Shown: positions 8,139 to 18,326 of the stretch, piece after piece
How the letters are laid out: each line of letters begins with the position of its first letter
Position numbering within the stretch: position 1 is the first letter of the stretch
Virus record (IMG/VR): IMGVR_UViG_3300042556_003278
Reading direction: 5' to 3' (one strand)
From: an uncultured virus (IMG/VR IMGVR_UViG_3300042556_003278)
Taxonomy: Duplodnaviria; Heunggongvirae; Uroviricota; Caudoviricetes
DNA: 64,000 nucleotides
The notes under the pieces: model-generated
Told to the model about the DNA's origin: nothing
The model's database searches: none
Seen by the model: only the letters and a program-made list of their open reading frames with translations
Position numbers and translations under genes: made by a program

Positions 8139-10690
8139 TGCAATACGCGCGCATCAACACGTTTTCGGGGCTGAACGCCACCGACGATACGACCAACGCA
8201 CCGCAGAACAGTCTGGCGGTTGCGGAAAACATCTTTGTGCGCCCCGCGGGCGCGCTGCGCCGTGCTCCGGCTTTTTCCAAGCTGTGGAACATGAAAAACC
8301 TTCGTGCTTATGTGGAGGATGATTTGGGGTTTAATGGATCAGATGGAGTAGTCCTGCTGAAAATCGAATCGCCATCTGGCGACCCAGACCGCATGACGGT
8401 GCTGGTTGCTTACGATTGCTCTAATTGGAAAACGCTTGGGTGCTTTTTTGTCGGCCGTGCGGACGGCTCGATCCCGACCACGGAGGATTTGTCGGGCATC
8501 AGTGTTCCGGCATCAACACCCGGAGCCGGATCGGATCAAGTGCTGGAGAGGCAATACAATGTGACGGTTAATTCGCTAATTAGTGGTTTGACCGTGGGCA
8601 AGCGGGTCTATTTCTCACGCATCTATTCAGAAATCTGGATTGGCAACGGCGTGGACCCGAACTTGATCTACAACCCATCTACCGGACAACTGCGTGAAGC
8701 TGGCACAAACACAACTCCAACCAAGCCATTGGTTGGTTCAGTAGCCAGCCTGCCCGCCGCGGCGGCCGTGCAACCCAAAGTCAGCGTGGTAACAGCGGGA
8801 ACAACCGTTGTAACAGTTGGCACGACCACAACCACAACCGGAACTTCTACCCTGACGTTCACGGCCGACCCGATCAACTTTGGAGGAACGGCGGGCCACA
8901 ATATCAGCGTCCGCATTATTTCGGCGGGCACCAGCACGGCGATCTCCAGCACACGCACCGGAGCGGGGACAGCGCTCAGTCCGTTTATTTACACTTTAAC
9001 CACTGGCACAACGCAGGCTCTTTCCAGCGCGGACGCGATTGTGAGCTTTGTGGCCAGCGACTACAACGCGACCGGCGTTCTGAGCGCATCGGTAACAACC
9101 TTTGGTCCAGACGCCAACCCAAGCCTGACACTGGCCCAGACACCACTGGCCGGCGGCGCCGACGAAGTAACAGTGGGTGGGCATCCAACAACCATGCGCT
9201 GCACTTTTGCGACTACGCTGTTCGATCCAGGGCCGCCAGGGTCAAACCTTGGCTACGAAGGGCCGGCATCTGCGTTGAGCAATGAAGTGATCGGGACCGG
9301 CAGCAATGATTTCATCGTCACGGTGCAGCAAAAGACCGGCGTGGACGCGCGTTTCACAAAACAGAACATTTGGATGCTGCAATACGTTGGTCCGGCCTAC
9401 CCGATTGCGCCGGATGGTCCGTTTGTTTGGCGCAAGATTCTGACTGTCAACAACGCAAACGGTTCTTACCGGATCAAGAAGGATTTCCAATCGCTCGAAG
9501 TGCGAGATTCGGCACCGGATCAGGGGCGCATACCGCCTTGCACCATGTTCGAGTTTGCCGGCGACAAGATGTGGGCAAGCGGCAACGCCGCGGAGCCTTA
9601 CCGCATCTGGCTTTCTAAAATCAAAAGTGATGCAGAACAAGTGCCGGAGGGGTGCGACATCACCAACTACCTCGACATCGAGGGAAAAAAAGAGGAGCCA
9701 AGCCGGCCGCGGATCACGGCCATGCGAAAGCTGGAAAGCCGCGTTCAGGTGCATAGCGACCGGTCCATTACCATGATCGACGCGGATAGCCTCAACCGCA
9801 TTGTAAGCCGGTCGGACTACGGAGCGATCAACCCGGCCTGTTTGGCCGCTTGGAGCCGGCCGGAGATTGTCTATCTGGGAAGCGATGGCGTTTTCTACAT
9901 GATGGTTAACACGCAGTATTACCGCTCCCAACCTGTGGCCACAACCGGATGGCCGGTCATGCGGAAAAAAATCGACATCCCAAAACTGGTTAGCGCACCG
10001 CAAAAATGCAACATGCTGGCCGATGCGACCAACAACATTGTCATGGTGTGGGTGCCGGTTACAGGAGGAAGCTATGACTTTGCGGCATTTGCTATGGATT
10101 TGGAGAGCAACGCCCTGACCGGCCCGATTGAATGGCCGCGCCTGCTTTCGTGCTCTCCGGTTAGTTCGGGCGACAGCAAGTATGTGGGCTGCGACTACGA
10201 TGGCGATTTGTTCGTTTTCAATCTGGGCGCGCTGTTCAACGACCAATTCAGCAGCAATTCGGCTTTCACTTTGCAGACCAGTGGAACACAGCCCGGATAC
10301 ACCAGCCGCGCCAGCGGATTACCAACCTTAACCCTCGATGACGGAAGTGGGGACTGGATTTCCCGCGGGATGAAATGTGTGTTCGAGACGCAATATCTTG
10401 ATCTTCAAACGCCCAATGATCGCAAGGGTTTTTACACTTTGGAATGGACAACTGTGCGCTACAGCAGGGCCATTGTGAAAGTGATCCTGACCAGCGATGA
10501 CGGACACACCAAGACCTTTGAGTGTGGCGAAATGTATGGACGAGAGAGAAATAAGATTGCGTTCATGATTAGCGGTAACGCCATCAAGGTCCGGTTCGAG
10601 GCCATTGTTGGCGAAGACAAACCATTTATCGTTCGAGACTTAACCATCGGCTACGAGTTGCAAACAAACGCCGGCGGATTCTTTTTTTGA
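8138..10690 (+). CDS. Tail nozzle / tubular protein B (P22 gp10-like)
   Basis: FSGLN..AENI..G.LRR N-terminus, beta-propeller-like body, follows adaptor. Confidence 0.7.
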   Translation: MQYARINTFSGLNATDDTTNAPQNSLAVAENIFVRPAGALRRAPAFSKLWNMKNLRAYVEDDLGFNGSDGVVLLKIESPSGDPDRMTVLVAYDCSNWKTLGCFFVGRADGSIPTTEDLSGISVPASTPGAGSDQVLERQYNVTVNSLISGLTVGKRVYFSRIYSEIWIGNGVDPNLIYNPSTGQLREAGTNTTPTKPLVGSVASLPAAAAVQPKVSVVTAGTTVVTVGTTTTTTGTSTLTFTADPINFGGTAGHNISVRIISAGTSTAISSTRTGAGTALSPFIYTLTTGTTQALSSADAIVSFVASDYNATGVLSASVTTFGPDANPSLTLAQTPLAGGADEVTVGGHPTTMRCTFATTLFDPGPPGSNLGYEGPASALSNEVIGTGSNDFIVTVQQKTGVDARFTKQNIWMLQYVGPAYPIAPDGPFVWRKILTVNNANGSYRIKKDFQSLEVRDSAPDQGRIPPCTMFEFAGDKMWASGNAAEPYRIWLSKIKSDAEQVPEGCDITNYLDIEGKKEEPSRPRITAMRKLESRVQVHSDRSITMIDADSLNRIVSRSDYGAINPACLAAWSRPEIVYLGSDGVFYMMVNTQYYRSQPVATTGWPVMRKKIDIPKLVSAPQKCNMLADATNNIVMVWVPVTGGSYDFAAFAMDLESNALTGPIEWPRLLSCSPVSSGDSKYVGCDYDGDLFVFNLGALFNDQFSSNSAFTLQTSGTQPGYTSRASGLPTLTLDDGSGDWISRGMKCVFETQYLDLQTPNDRKGFYTLEWTTVRYSRAIVKVILTSDDGHTKTFECGEMYGRERNKIAFMISGNAIKVRFEAIVGEDKPFIVRDLTIGYELQTNAGGFFF

Positions 10691-10733
10691 AAAACAGGTT
10701 GACGGTGTGTAACACCATTTGTATGTGTAGGGC

Positions 10734-10958
10734 ATGCCAAACAAACGTGCCACGAACAAAGCGTGTGTGGCTTGGTGGATGGACAAGCGCTTGAAAAAGC
10801 AAATGGAGCGCGCCGCCCGTGCGTCTGGCAAAAATGTCAGTCAATTCCTCACTGATGTGCTGAGTCAGCACGTTGCCAACACACCCACACCACAACTCGC
10901 ACCCAAACCCACAACGAAAAGCAGTGCCCATGCAAAAGAAAGCAAAACCAAAGCGTAA
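10734..10958 (+). CDS. Ribbon-helix-helix regulator
   Basis: Beta strand plus two helices (LKKQMERAARASGKNVSQFL); TTGACG 35 nt upstream. Confidence 0.65.
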   Translation: MPNKRATNKACVAWWMDKRLKKQMERAARASGKNVSQFLTDVLSQHVANTPTPQLAPKPTTKSSAHAKESKTKA

Positions 10959-11094
10959 GAAGGCGTATGTGTCAGTCCATGTTCCCCTCGAAATCCACAG
11001 CGCCCTGAAGGCTCTGGCTGTGGCAGACGGACGTAGTTTGTCAAATTACGTTAATATCCTTTTAACAAGGGTGTTACACACCTCCGACCAATGA
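10930..11094 (+). CDS. Ribbon-helix-helix (Arc-like) regulator
   Basis: VSVHVPLEIHSALKALAVADGRSLSNYVNILL. Confidence 0.75.
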   Translation: MQKKAKPKRKKAYVSVHVPLEIHSALKALAVADGRSLSNYVNILLTRVLHTSDQ

Positions 11095-11309
11095 ACGATA
11101 CCATTCTGATGGCGAGTTACAGCGTCACGCTGGCAATAAGCGCGGGCTGTTTCGGCTACACGTTCGGCCGCTGGCTTGGCGAGCGGATCGGGCGCCACGA
11201 TGCCATGGTCGAGGAAGCATTTTGGCGCGCACTGGAGGAGCAACGCAAAGCCGAGGCGCGCGGCCGCATCTTTCTTTGGAGCACCCCGGATGGGGCCGGC
11301 CCCAATTAG
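11091..11309 (+). CDS. Small membrane protein
   Basis: N-terminal TM; ATGA coupling. Confidence 0.5.
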   Translation: MNDTILMASYSVTLAISAGCFGYTFGRWLGERIGRHDAMVEEAFWRALEEQRKAEARGRIFLWSTPDGAGPN

Positions 11310-11332
11310 CAGAAACAACAAAAGGAGAAATA

Positions 11333-12322
11333 ATGAGCATACTGAAAACCGTGCGGACCGGCAAAGTCGTTCGTCCGCAACGTGGCGTCATCTATGGCGT
11401 CGAATCAGTCGGAAAGACCACGCTGGCGGCACAAGCCCCCTCGCCCATCTTTCTGGACATCGAAGGCGGATCATCCCACTTGGACATTCCGCGGCTGGAA
11501 ATCAAAAACTGGAATGACATGCTAACCGCGCTGGATGAACTGGCGGCCGGCGGTCACGGCTACCAGACAGTGGTGGTGGATTCGGCCGATTGGGCTGAAC
11601 GCCTCGCCATCGAGAACCTGTTGGCCGAAACCAAGCAACCAAGCATTGAATCATTCGGATACGGCAAGGGTTGGGTTCAGGCCGCGGAGCGGTTTGCCCG
11701 CTTCCTTGCAAAGCTGGATGCCTGTGTCACAGCCGGGATGCACGTTCTGGTTATTGGCCACGCGCACATTCGCCGTGTCGAGCCGCCGGATCAGATGGCC
11801 GCTTACGACCGGTATGAGCCGAAATTGGGCAAGCAAACGTCCCCTCTCCTCAAAGAATGGGCGGACGAACTCTACTTTGCGCAATTCAAAACCAAGCTGA
11901 TCGAAGCCGACTCCGGCAAGATGAAGGCCCGCGGCGGCAAGGAGCGCGTTCTCCTGACCACGCATAGCGCAGCCTATGATGCCAAGACCCGCGCCGGTCT
12001 GGCCGAGGAGTTGCCGCTGGAGTGGGAATCCATTGCCTCCGTGTTCCCTGACATGGGCGCGGCGAAGCCAAAGGCCAAACCGGCCAAAGCCAAAGCTCAA
12101 CCGGCCGCGCCGGACATTGCCGACCAAGTGCTCGAAGCCATCGGGGAATCCTTGGCCATCGAGGACATGGAAGGGTTTTTGCGCGCCAAGGGCCAGATCG
12201 AGGCCGGTCAATCGTGGAAAGACACTGACGCTTCGTTCCTCGAACGGATTGTCGAGCACCCCGCCCGATTCGTCGGCGCCGTGCGCACCTACTACGTCGA
12301 ACTTCAGAAGGAGGCTGCCTAA
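11333..12322 (+). CDS. AAA_24 ATPase, Sak4-like single-strand annealing protein
   Basis: YGVESVGKTT, FLDIEGG, VVDSADW; SD AAGGAG. Confidence 0.88.
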   Translation: MSILKTVRTGKVVRPQRGVIYGVESVGKTTLAAQAPSPIFLDIEGGSSHLDIPRLEIKNWNDMLTALDELAAGGHGYQTVVVDSADWAERLAIENLLAETKQPSIESFGYGKGWVQAAERFARFLAKLDACVTAGMHVLVIGHAHIRRVEPPDQMAAYDRYEPKLGKQTSPLLKEWADELYFAQFKTKLIEADSGKMKARGGKERVLLTTHSAAYDAKTRAGLAEELPLEWESIASVFPDMGAAKPKAKPAKAKAQPAAPDIADQVLEAIGESLAIEDMEGFLRAKGQIEAGQSWKDTDASFLERIVEHPARFVGAVRTYYVELQKEAA

Positions 12323-12323
12323 A

Positions 12324-12593
12324 ATGGACCTGAAAAGATTGCGGAATGTTTACAGCCACTTGGACATTAAGGAGCGGCCGAAGATTAAAGATCAGTGGTC
12401 TTTCCTACGCTGGCAGGCCATTGCAAAGGGAACGGAGCACTTGGATTTGCCCGCCATTCCGCGTCTGCGCGCGGCCGTGTGTGAAACTGTCACCTTCCGC
12501 CGGTTGATCGCACACAGCGACACGCTCGAAGGCTTGGCCGATGCGCTGCGCACCTACTACAACCCCGAACCTGAAGTTAAGGAGGCGGCATGA
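12324..12593 (+). CDS. Hypothetical protein
   Basis: SD and coupling; ends VKEAA. Confidence 0.55.
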   Translation: MDLKRLRNVYSHLDIKERPKIKDQWSFLRWQAIAKGTEHLDLPAIPRLRAAVCETVTFRRLIAHSDTLEGLADALRTYYNPEPEVKEAA

Positions 12594-12747
12594 CCGCTGA
12601 ACTGGTTCGCCGGCTTGGAGCCATTGACTATCGCGGCGAGCGGCCATGCGTGGAGTCTTCAGTTATGGCCGCCCTGGCCGTAGCGATTGATCGTCCGCGC
12701 CGAAAGCTGATCGCCCGCGTCATCGAACTTATCCGCAAACGCTACAA

Positions 12748-13785
12748 ATGAGCAGAATCCGACACTCCGCACTTCCGAAGCTGGATCAGTGCCCTTGTTA
12801 TGAAAGCAATCCGGTGGCCGGTCCGGCCGCGCAACGCGGTTTGGCTTTGGACGCGGCATTGCGTTTGTTGCTTCAGGGTGATGCCCGCGGCATGGAGCCG
12901 TTGTCAGACGCCGACCGCGAATCAGTCCGGTGGGCGGCCGAGACAATCATGGACTTTGCCGGCGATGATGCCGTCGAAGTGCGTGAGGAGGAGTTGAAGA
13001 TGCGCACCCCCGGCATCGAACACGCCGGCACAGCCGATGTTGTTTGCTCCAGCAAGCTATGGGTGGGCGATCTCAAGACAGGCCAAATCCGCGATTACTA
13101 CGGACAGATGGCCGCCTATGCGTGGGCGTTGATGGAGCAGTATTTCGTCAACGAGTGGACGGCACACCTGATCTTCTGTGACCAGAAGCAAGTTGTGACG
13201 CACAAGTTCACTTACGTCGAGGCCAAGGATACCGTCGAAAGGATTGTCAACTATGCCCGCGACCCCTACCGCGAGCCGCGCGCCTGCGAGTATTGCGGGT
13301 GGTGCAAGTTGCAGGACCGGTGCCCCGCTGTTGTGGGTCCGGTGACTAACACCCTTGAACTGGTTGAACAGGAAAAAGGCTTGTCCGCGATCCGCGAGAG
13401 ATTGCTGTCGGACCCCACAAGATTGGGACAGTTCCTCGCGGACGCGGCTCTTTTTACCAGCGAGCTAATCACTCCGCTGCGTGACGAGGCCAAGAAGATG
13501 CTTGCGGCCAACCCCGAAGCCATTCCGGGCTGGCAAGTGTCGGCCGTGAAAGGCCGCGAGCACTTCGACCACATTGCTATCGTGCAAACGGCGGTGGCCT
13601 CGAAGTGCGGCATGGACAGCCTTGTGCTGGCCATGGGCGGAAAGATGACCGGCAAGGACTACCGCGCATGGTGCGCGAGCATGAACCAGCCGGTCGATGA
13701 ATCTCTCGCCCGCGTGGGCGAAGGAACAACCCAACTGCGGCAGGCTAAAGCCTCCGCGAAACCCAAAACACTGAAGGAGAAATAA
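12748..13785 (+). CDS. PD-(D/E)XK exonuclease (DUF2800/Cas4-like)
   Basis: GTADVV, DLKTG, QMAAYA, CEYCGWC..C cluster. Confidence 0.85.
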   Translation: MSRIRHSALPKLDQCPCYESNPVAGPAAQRGLALDAALRLLLQGDARGMEPLSDADRESVRWAAETIMDFAGDDAVEVREEELKMRTPGIEHAGTADVVCSSKLWVGDLKTGQIRDYYGQMAAYAWALMEQYFVNEWTAHLIFCDQKQVVTHKFTYVEAKDTVERIVNYARDPYREPRACEYCGWCKLQDRCPAVVGPVTNTLELVEQEKGLSAIRERLLSDPTRLGQFLADAALFTSELITPLRDEAKKMLAANPEAIPGWQVSAVKGREHFDHIAIVQTAVASKCGMDSLVLAMGGKMTGKDYRAWCASMNQPVDESLARVGEGTTQLRQAKASAKPKTLKEK

Positions 13786-14295
13786 ATGAAGTTCACCTAT
13801 TCGGAACCCAAGGCGGTCGGCGGTGCCCCGCTGCGCCCTGGGTTTTACAAAGCGGAAATCACCGATGCCATTGAGAAGACCTCGAAGGCCGGCAACGAAA
13901 TGATCGAATTGGACCTGTTGGTGCAGGAACCCAAGGCGTTCTACGGATCAACCCTGCGCGATTACATCGTCGCTGGTGAGAAGACCCGCTGGAAGATCAA
14001 CCAAGTAATCGCCGCTATCGGCATGCGCTTGGAGGAAGGCGAGTCGGGCGACCTCGAACCGAAGCACGTTGTTGGCAAAACCGTGATTATCCGCGTCGAG
14101 TTTGAACCGGACCGCAAAGACGCTTCCAAAGAGTGGCCGCGGGTCAAAACCTACCTCTGGGGCGACCGCGCCGACGAGGTGGATTTGGGACCGGACGCAC
14201 CGGAGCCAGCCGCCAAAAACGCGCCCGCGGTGACTAACACCGCACCGGCGAAAGACGCGCAACTGGATCTGGAAGACGAAGACATTCCGTTCTGA
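13786..14295 (+). CDS. DUF669-type single-stranded DNA-binding protein
   Basis: PGFYKAEI..SKAGNEMI; acidic DEDIPF tail. Confidence 0.8.
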   Translation: MKFTYSEPKAVGGAPLRPGFYKAEITDAIEKTSKAGNEMIELDLLVQEPKAFYGSTLRDYIVAGEKTRWKINQVIAAIGMRLEEGESGDLEPKHVVGKTVIIRVEFEPDRKDASKEWPRVKTYLWGDRADEVDLGPDAPEPAAKNAPAVTNTAPAKDAQLDLEDEDIPF

Positions 14296-14297
14296 CC

Positions 14298-14612
14298 ATG
14301 GAAGCTACTCAACTTCCTCTTTGGGCTGCGGTCGCCAGCTACCCGCTGGCGGCCGGCAGCAAAACCGGAGGCACATCGGCCGAGGCTGCCAAGAAAATCC
14401 ACGCGGCGAGGCTCCAGAAAGCCGTGCTGCGCGTTTTGCAGACTCATCCGGGCGGCATGACGGCTGACGAAGTGGCCGCGGAGCTTGCCGAATCCATCCT
14501 CTCGATCCGGCCGCGCGTTTCGGAACTGAAGCGCCAAGGCATGGTTGAGAAGACCCGCGAGCGCCGGCGCAACATCAGTGGGATGTCCGCGAGCGTTTGG
14601 AGGGCGCTATGA
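14298..14612 (+). CDS. Winged-HTH protein
   Basis: MTADEVA..SIRPRVSELK..G. Confidence 0.75.
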   Translation: MEATQLPLWAAVASYPLAAGSKTGGTSAEAAKKIHAARLQKAVLRVLQTHPGGMTADEVAAELAESILSIRPRVSELKRQGMVEKTRERRRNISGMSASVWRAL

Positions 14613-15082
14613 CGGTTGGTAGGATAAGTTTCGGGCCGGTTCTCCCTGACAACATCCTTACCAAGATGTCCGTCGAGGACCGCCGGCAGCTTGGCAAGGC
14701 CGGCAAGACGGCCGCGGAGTGCCGCGGCGAGGCCATTGTCAAAGACGAGAAGGAGATTCAGAAGCAGGTAGCCAACTACCTGCGCCTCCTCGATCTCTGG
14801 CACGATCAGGACGGCATGCACAAACGCCGCACCGGCACCTTGGGCGCCCCCGACTTCCAGTTCCCCTACCGCGGCCGGTATGTGGCATGGGAAGTGAAGT
14901 GCCCCTGGAGCCGCGCGCTGCGGCCGGACCAGCAAAAGGCCGCGGACGCCATCGAGAAGCAGGGCGGCCGGTGGAGGCTCATCACCGGACTGCATGAGGC
15001 GCAAGCCCACCTGCGAGACATTGACCAAGAAGATGAGCCGAAAATGCAACTGGAATCGGCTCAAATGAAAGGAGGCCAGTAA
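14609..15082 (+). CDS. VRR-NUC nuclease / resolvase
   Basis: EKEIQ, GAPD, EVK, LRPDQ motifs. Confidence 0.8.
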   Translation: MTVGRISFGPVLPDNILTKMSVEDRRQLGKAGKTAAECRGEAIVKDEKEIQKQVANYLRLLDLWHDQDGMHKRRTGTLGAPDFQFPYRGRYVAWEVKCPWSRALRPDQQKAADAIEKQGGRWRLITGLHEAQAHLRDIDQEDEPKMQLESAQMKGGQ

Positions 15083-15960
15083 TGGCAAACGATTGGATAA
15101 AGATGAGATGCATGCTCGACACGGACCCCGCCGTGTATGAGATGGCCGCCACGCTTGGAATAGGCGAATTGGATGTTGTCGGAAGGCTCTGGAAGGTCTG
15201 GAGTTGGGCCGATCAGCATAGCGTCGATGGTAACGCAGTGCGCGTTACAGGCGTAACGCTGGACCGTCTCACTGCCACACCGGGATTCACCAGTGCAATG
15301 CGTGAAGTGGGTTGGCTGGAGGGCGAAGACCATGCGCTTACCTTCCCGAACTTTGCCCGCCACAACGGACAAACCGCTAAAAACAGAGGACTTACAGCAA
15401 TGCGAGTCGCCAAACATCGTAACGGCGCTGTAACGGACGAATCGTTACCAGAGAAAAGAAGAATAGAGAAGAAAGAAGCACATACTCAACAAGGCGCGGT
15501 AAAGACTCCGGCTGTGGAAGAAGTCATCGAGGCCGGCAAGCTGATCGGGATCGAGGAGGAGATATGCCGCAAGTGGTTTGACGAGTGCGAAGCCAACCCC
15601 TTCACCTTCGATGGCGGGTGGACCCGCATCCGCGGTGGCGAGGCGGTTCCGATGAACATGGACCGGTGGCGTAATGCCCTGTCGGCTTATGCCGTTGGCT
15701 GGCGCAGTCGCAAGGCCATTGCGTCCAGCGGTGCGTCTGGCGGGACTTCGAGCGCGCCGAGTGTCTGGAGCCTGAAGCAGAAGATCGAGGCCGCACAGGC
15801 CGAACTCAACCGCATCCGCTCGAATCCAGAGAACAAGGAACAGGTGCCCGGGTCATGGGACCGCCGATTGAAACCAGAGCCAGCCGCACAGGCCAAGGAA
15901 CTCAAAGCCAAGATCGACGGATGGCGGGCGCAAATGACCGAAGGAAAGGAGGCGGCGTAA
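15082..15960 (+). CDS. Replication initiator-like protein
   Basis: MANDWIKMR..VVGRL..W.WAD N-terminal domain, EKRRIEK linker. Confidence 0.75.
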   Translation: MANDWIKMRCMLDTDPAVYEMAATLGIGELDVVGRLWKVWSWADQHSVDGNAVRVTGVTLDRLTATPGFTSAMREVGWLEGEDHALTFPNFARHNGQTAKNRGLTAMRVAKHRNGAVTDESLPEKRRIEKKEAHTQQGAVKTPAVEEVIEAGKLIGIEEEICRKWFDECEANPFTFDGGWTRIRGGEAVPMNMDRWRNALSAYAVGWRSRKAIASSGASGGTSSAPSVWSLKQKIEAAQAELNRIRSNPENKEQVPGSWDRRLKPEPAAQAKELKAKIDGWRAQMTEGKEAA

Positions 15961-16181
15961 TCCTTACGCTTGTCAAAAGAATTGACATGAGCCGATCACA
16001 GCAAACAAACAGGGCCGGTGACAAGACCGGCTACGATACCCTGGTTGCCGCGCTGGCGGCCCGACACGGCATTGCCAAAAGCCGCGGGAAACGCTTTGCC
16101 AAGCTGCGCCCCTACAAAGGACCGGACGGCCAATGGTATTTGACCAAGATGAGCAAGGGCCAACTCAAACCCCCCAAGACA

Positions 16182-16384
16182 TGATGGATCGTGAAGCTAT
16201 CGCCAGCGGGATCATCAACCACCCGGAGCAGTTTAAGATATGCGGTGGCTGTGGGGGTATCGCCAAAAAAGAAACTAACGTGTGTCCAATCTGCAAAGCC
16301 TACCGGTGGAATGACAACCCATGGACTGTCATGGAGCGGGCCGCGGAGCTTGGTAGCCGACCCCCTGAAACTGTCTTTGAATAA
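16182..16384 (+). CDS. Small zinc-ribbon protein
   Basis: CGGC..CPIC. Confidence 0.55.
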
Positions 16385-16386
16385 TT

Positions 16387-16734
16387 ATGGCAAAAACTGA
16401 ATGGGCTACGCAGCATCTTATCGAGGCGCCTGGATGGAGCCGGCATATCAACCGCAACCAGTGGAGGGAGCGCATATTGGCATTGCCACTGCCGCTGCGG
16501 GGCGCCGTGGCCGCCATAGTTTGGTGGGATGTCTTTTCGGTGCGCATGTGGCCGGACCGGTGGAATGACCTCGATGACCTCATTGGCACGGCCGAAGCCG
16601 TGACGCCGGAGGAGTTGGTCGCTGGCCTGATTGCAGTAGGCTACACCGAGAACCGCGCCCGCGGCCGAGTCTATCCGCGGCAAAACGCCATTGCCCGCGG
16701 CCGGCCCAAGTTGTCAAAAGAATTGACAGTGTGA
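16387..16734 (+). CDS. Hypothetical protein
   Basis: ORF in operon. Confidence 0.55.
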   Translation: MAKTEWATQHLIEAPGWSRHINRNQWRERILALPLPLRGAVAAIVWWDVFSVRMWPDRWNDLDDLIGTAEAVTPEELVAGLIAVGYTENRARGRVYPRQNAIARGRPKLSKELTV

Positions 16735-16761
16735 ATAAGTGGGTCACTTTGCGCGCACCTT

Positions 16762-17583
16762 ATGTCAAAGAAGAAATCTGAGGGAAAGACATCCCTCCTT
16801 GTCGTTTGTTCGGACCTGCATTGCGGTTCGAGTGTCGGCTTAATGCCGCCGGACAGTGAAAATCTGGCCGGCAATACCATCGGATTCGGCAAGAACAAGC
16901 ATCAGGAATGGCTATGGGAGTGCTGGCAACACGCTTTGGGAAAAGTGGCAGCTATCGCAGGATGCGATCCCTATGCGGTCGTGATAAACGGCGATGCAAC
17001 AGAAGGCATCCATCACCGGTCGCCGGAAGTCGTGGCCTCATTGATCGAAAACCACTGCACAATGGCCGCCGAGGCATTGAAGCCCCTGACCTCGAAGGCC
17101 GCCGCAACTTTTGTGACCAAAGGAACGGAGTGCCATACGCACAACATCGAGACGTATCTGGCCAAGCTGATCGGAGCCAAAGACGAGGTGGCCCGCGAAA
17201 AATGGCTGATTGAGGTTCATGGGTGCAAAGTGGACATCACACACCATATTGGCGCCACAAGCCGCGCTTACCTCGAAGCGTCCGCGCTTTCGATCACCTT
17301 GGGCAACGCCCGCCTGAACAGCGTCCGCGCCGGCCATCCGGTGGCACAGGTGTATTTGAGGGCACACCGGCATTGCGGAGGCGTTTACAGTGACGGCTCC
17401 GGCCTGATCGGCGTCACCGGTGGATGGCAATTTCTCACAAGACACGGCCACAAGGTTGTTCCTGACGCGATTCCGCGGCCGAGCATTTTGATCCTGGATT
17501 GGCGCGGGAAGCCGCAAGGCGAACTGCCTACCCCGCATCATCTGTATTACAACCCACCGGCCCCAAAAGTGACGCGAATATGA
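16762..17583 (+). CDS. Calcineurin-like metallophosphoesterase
   Basis: SDLHCG, NGD, GTECH, HH, AHRH motifs. Confidence 0.85.
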   Translation: MSKKKSEGKTSLLVVCSDLHCGSSVGLMPPDSENLAGNTIGFGKNKHQEWLWECWQHALGKVAAIAGCDPYAVVINGDATEGIHHRSPEVVASLIENHCTMAAEALKPLTSKAAATFVTKGTECHTHNIETYLAKLIGAKDEVAREKWLIEVHGCKVDITHHIGATSRAYLEASALSITLGNARLNSVRAGHPVAQVYLRAHRHCGGVYSDGSGLIGVTGGWQFLTRHGHKVVPDAIPRPSILILDWRGKPQGELPTPHHLYYNPPAPKVTRI

Positions 17584-17855
17584 AGAAAAAATCCAAGATC
17601 ACATCCGAGCAAATCGAATCCTCGTTAACCGAGATTTGCAAAGAACTGAAGAAAAGCCCTGTGCAGGTCGATCATGTGCCGGCCGGCTGGTTCACGGTGT
17701 CTGAATTGGCTGAAGAAATGGGCAAATCAATTTGCATAACGAGTGAGCGAGTTCGCAAGCTGGTCAAAAGGGATGTGCTGGAACGCAAAGACTACATCAT
17801 TCAACTTGAACAGCGGGCGCGAGCGGTTCCGCACTACCGGCTAAAAGCAAAATGA
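17580..17855 (+). CDS. HTH DNA-binding protein
   Basis: WFTVSELAEEMGKS; ATGA coupling. Confidence 0.6.
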   Translation: MKKKSKITSEQIESSLTEICKELKKSPVQVDHVPAGWFTVSELAEEMGKSICITSERVRKLVKRDVLERKDYIIQLEQRARAVPHYRLKAK

Positions 17856-18277
17856 GCCGATACCGCACCGCCCTGGCTGATGTTCCGGTGGCCGTGCTTG
17901 CACTGGACGAAATCTGCTTCCCTACCGACACGCGGGTAAATACCGACGATTCTCTTTGGTGGATCATTTGGCACGGCAAAAAGCCGGTGGCCTACGCTGG
18001 CCTTCGCCCATGCAAGAACCCGCAAAACAAGGGGATCGGCTTCTTCTGCCGCGCCGGAGTCTTGCCCAATCACCGCGGCCGCGGCCTGCAAAAACGCCTG
18101 ATCCGGGTTCGTGAGCGCGCTGCGCGCCGGCTTGGGCTGAAAGAAGTGGTCACTTACTGCGCCCTTTGGAACTGCGCCTCGATCAACTCCCTGATCCGGT
18201 GCGGATACAAATTGTATTGGCCGGCCTCGAAGTGGGCTGGCTCCGGCTCCGTTTACCTCTGCAAAAAACTCAAATAA
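17852..18277 (+). CDS. GNAT acetyltransferase
   Basis: V.P.HRGRGLQ acetyl-CoA motif; N..S.N.L..CGY. Confidence 0.85.
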   Translation: MSRYRTALADVPVAVLALDEICFPTDTRVNTDDSLWWIIWHGKKPVAYAGLRPCKNPQNKGIGFFCRAGVLPNHRGRGLQKRLIRVRERAARRLGLKEVVTYCALWNCASINSLIRCGYKLYWPASKWAGSGSVYLCKKLK

Positions 18278-18326
18278 CCGGTTGACGGAAACCAAACAGT
18301 TGGGTATATATGGTTGTATGAGAAAC
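18278..18326 (+). promoter_or_regulatory. Repeated early promoter, copy 1 (copies at 20884..20932 and 21845..21894)
   Basis: CCGGTTGAC..AAACC..TGGGTAT..GTATGAGAAAC shared by three loci. Confidence 0.8.
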
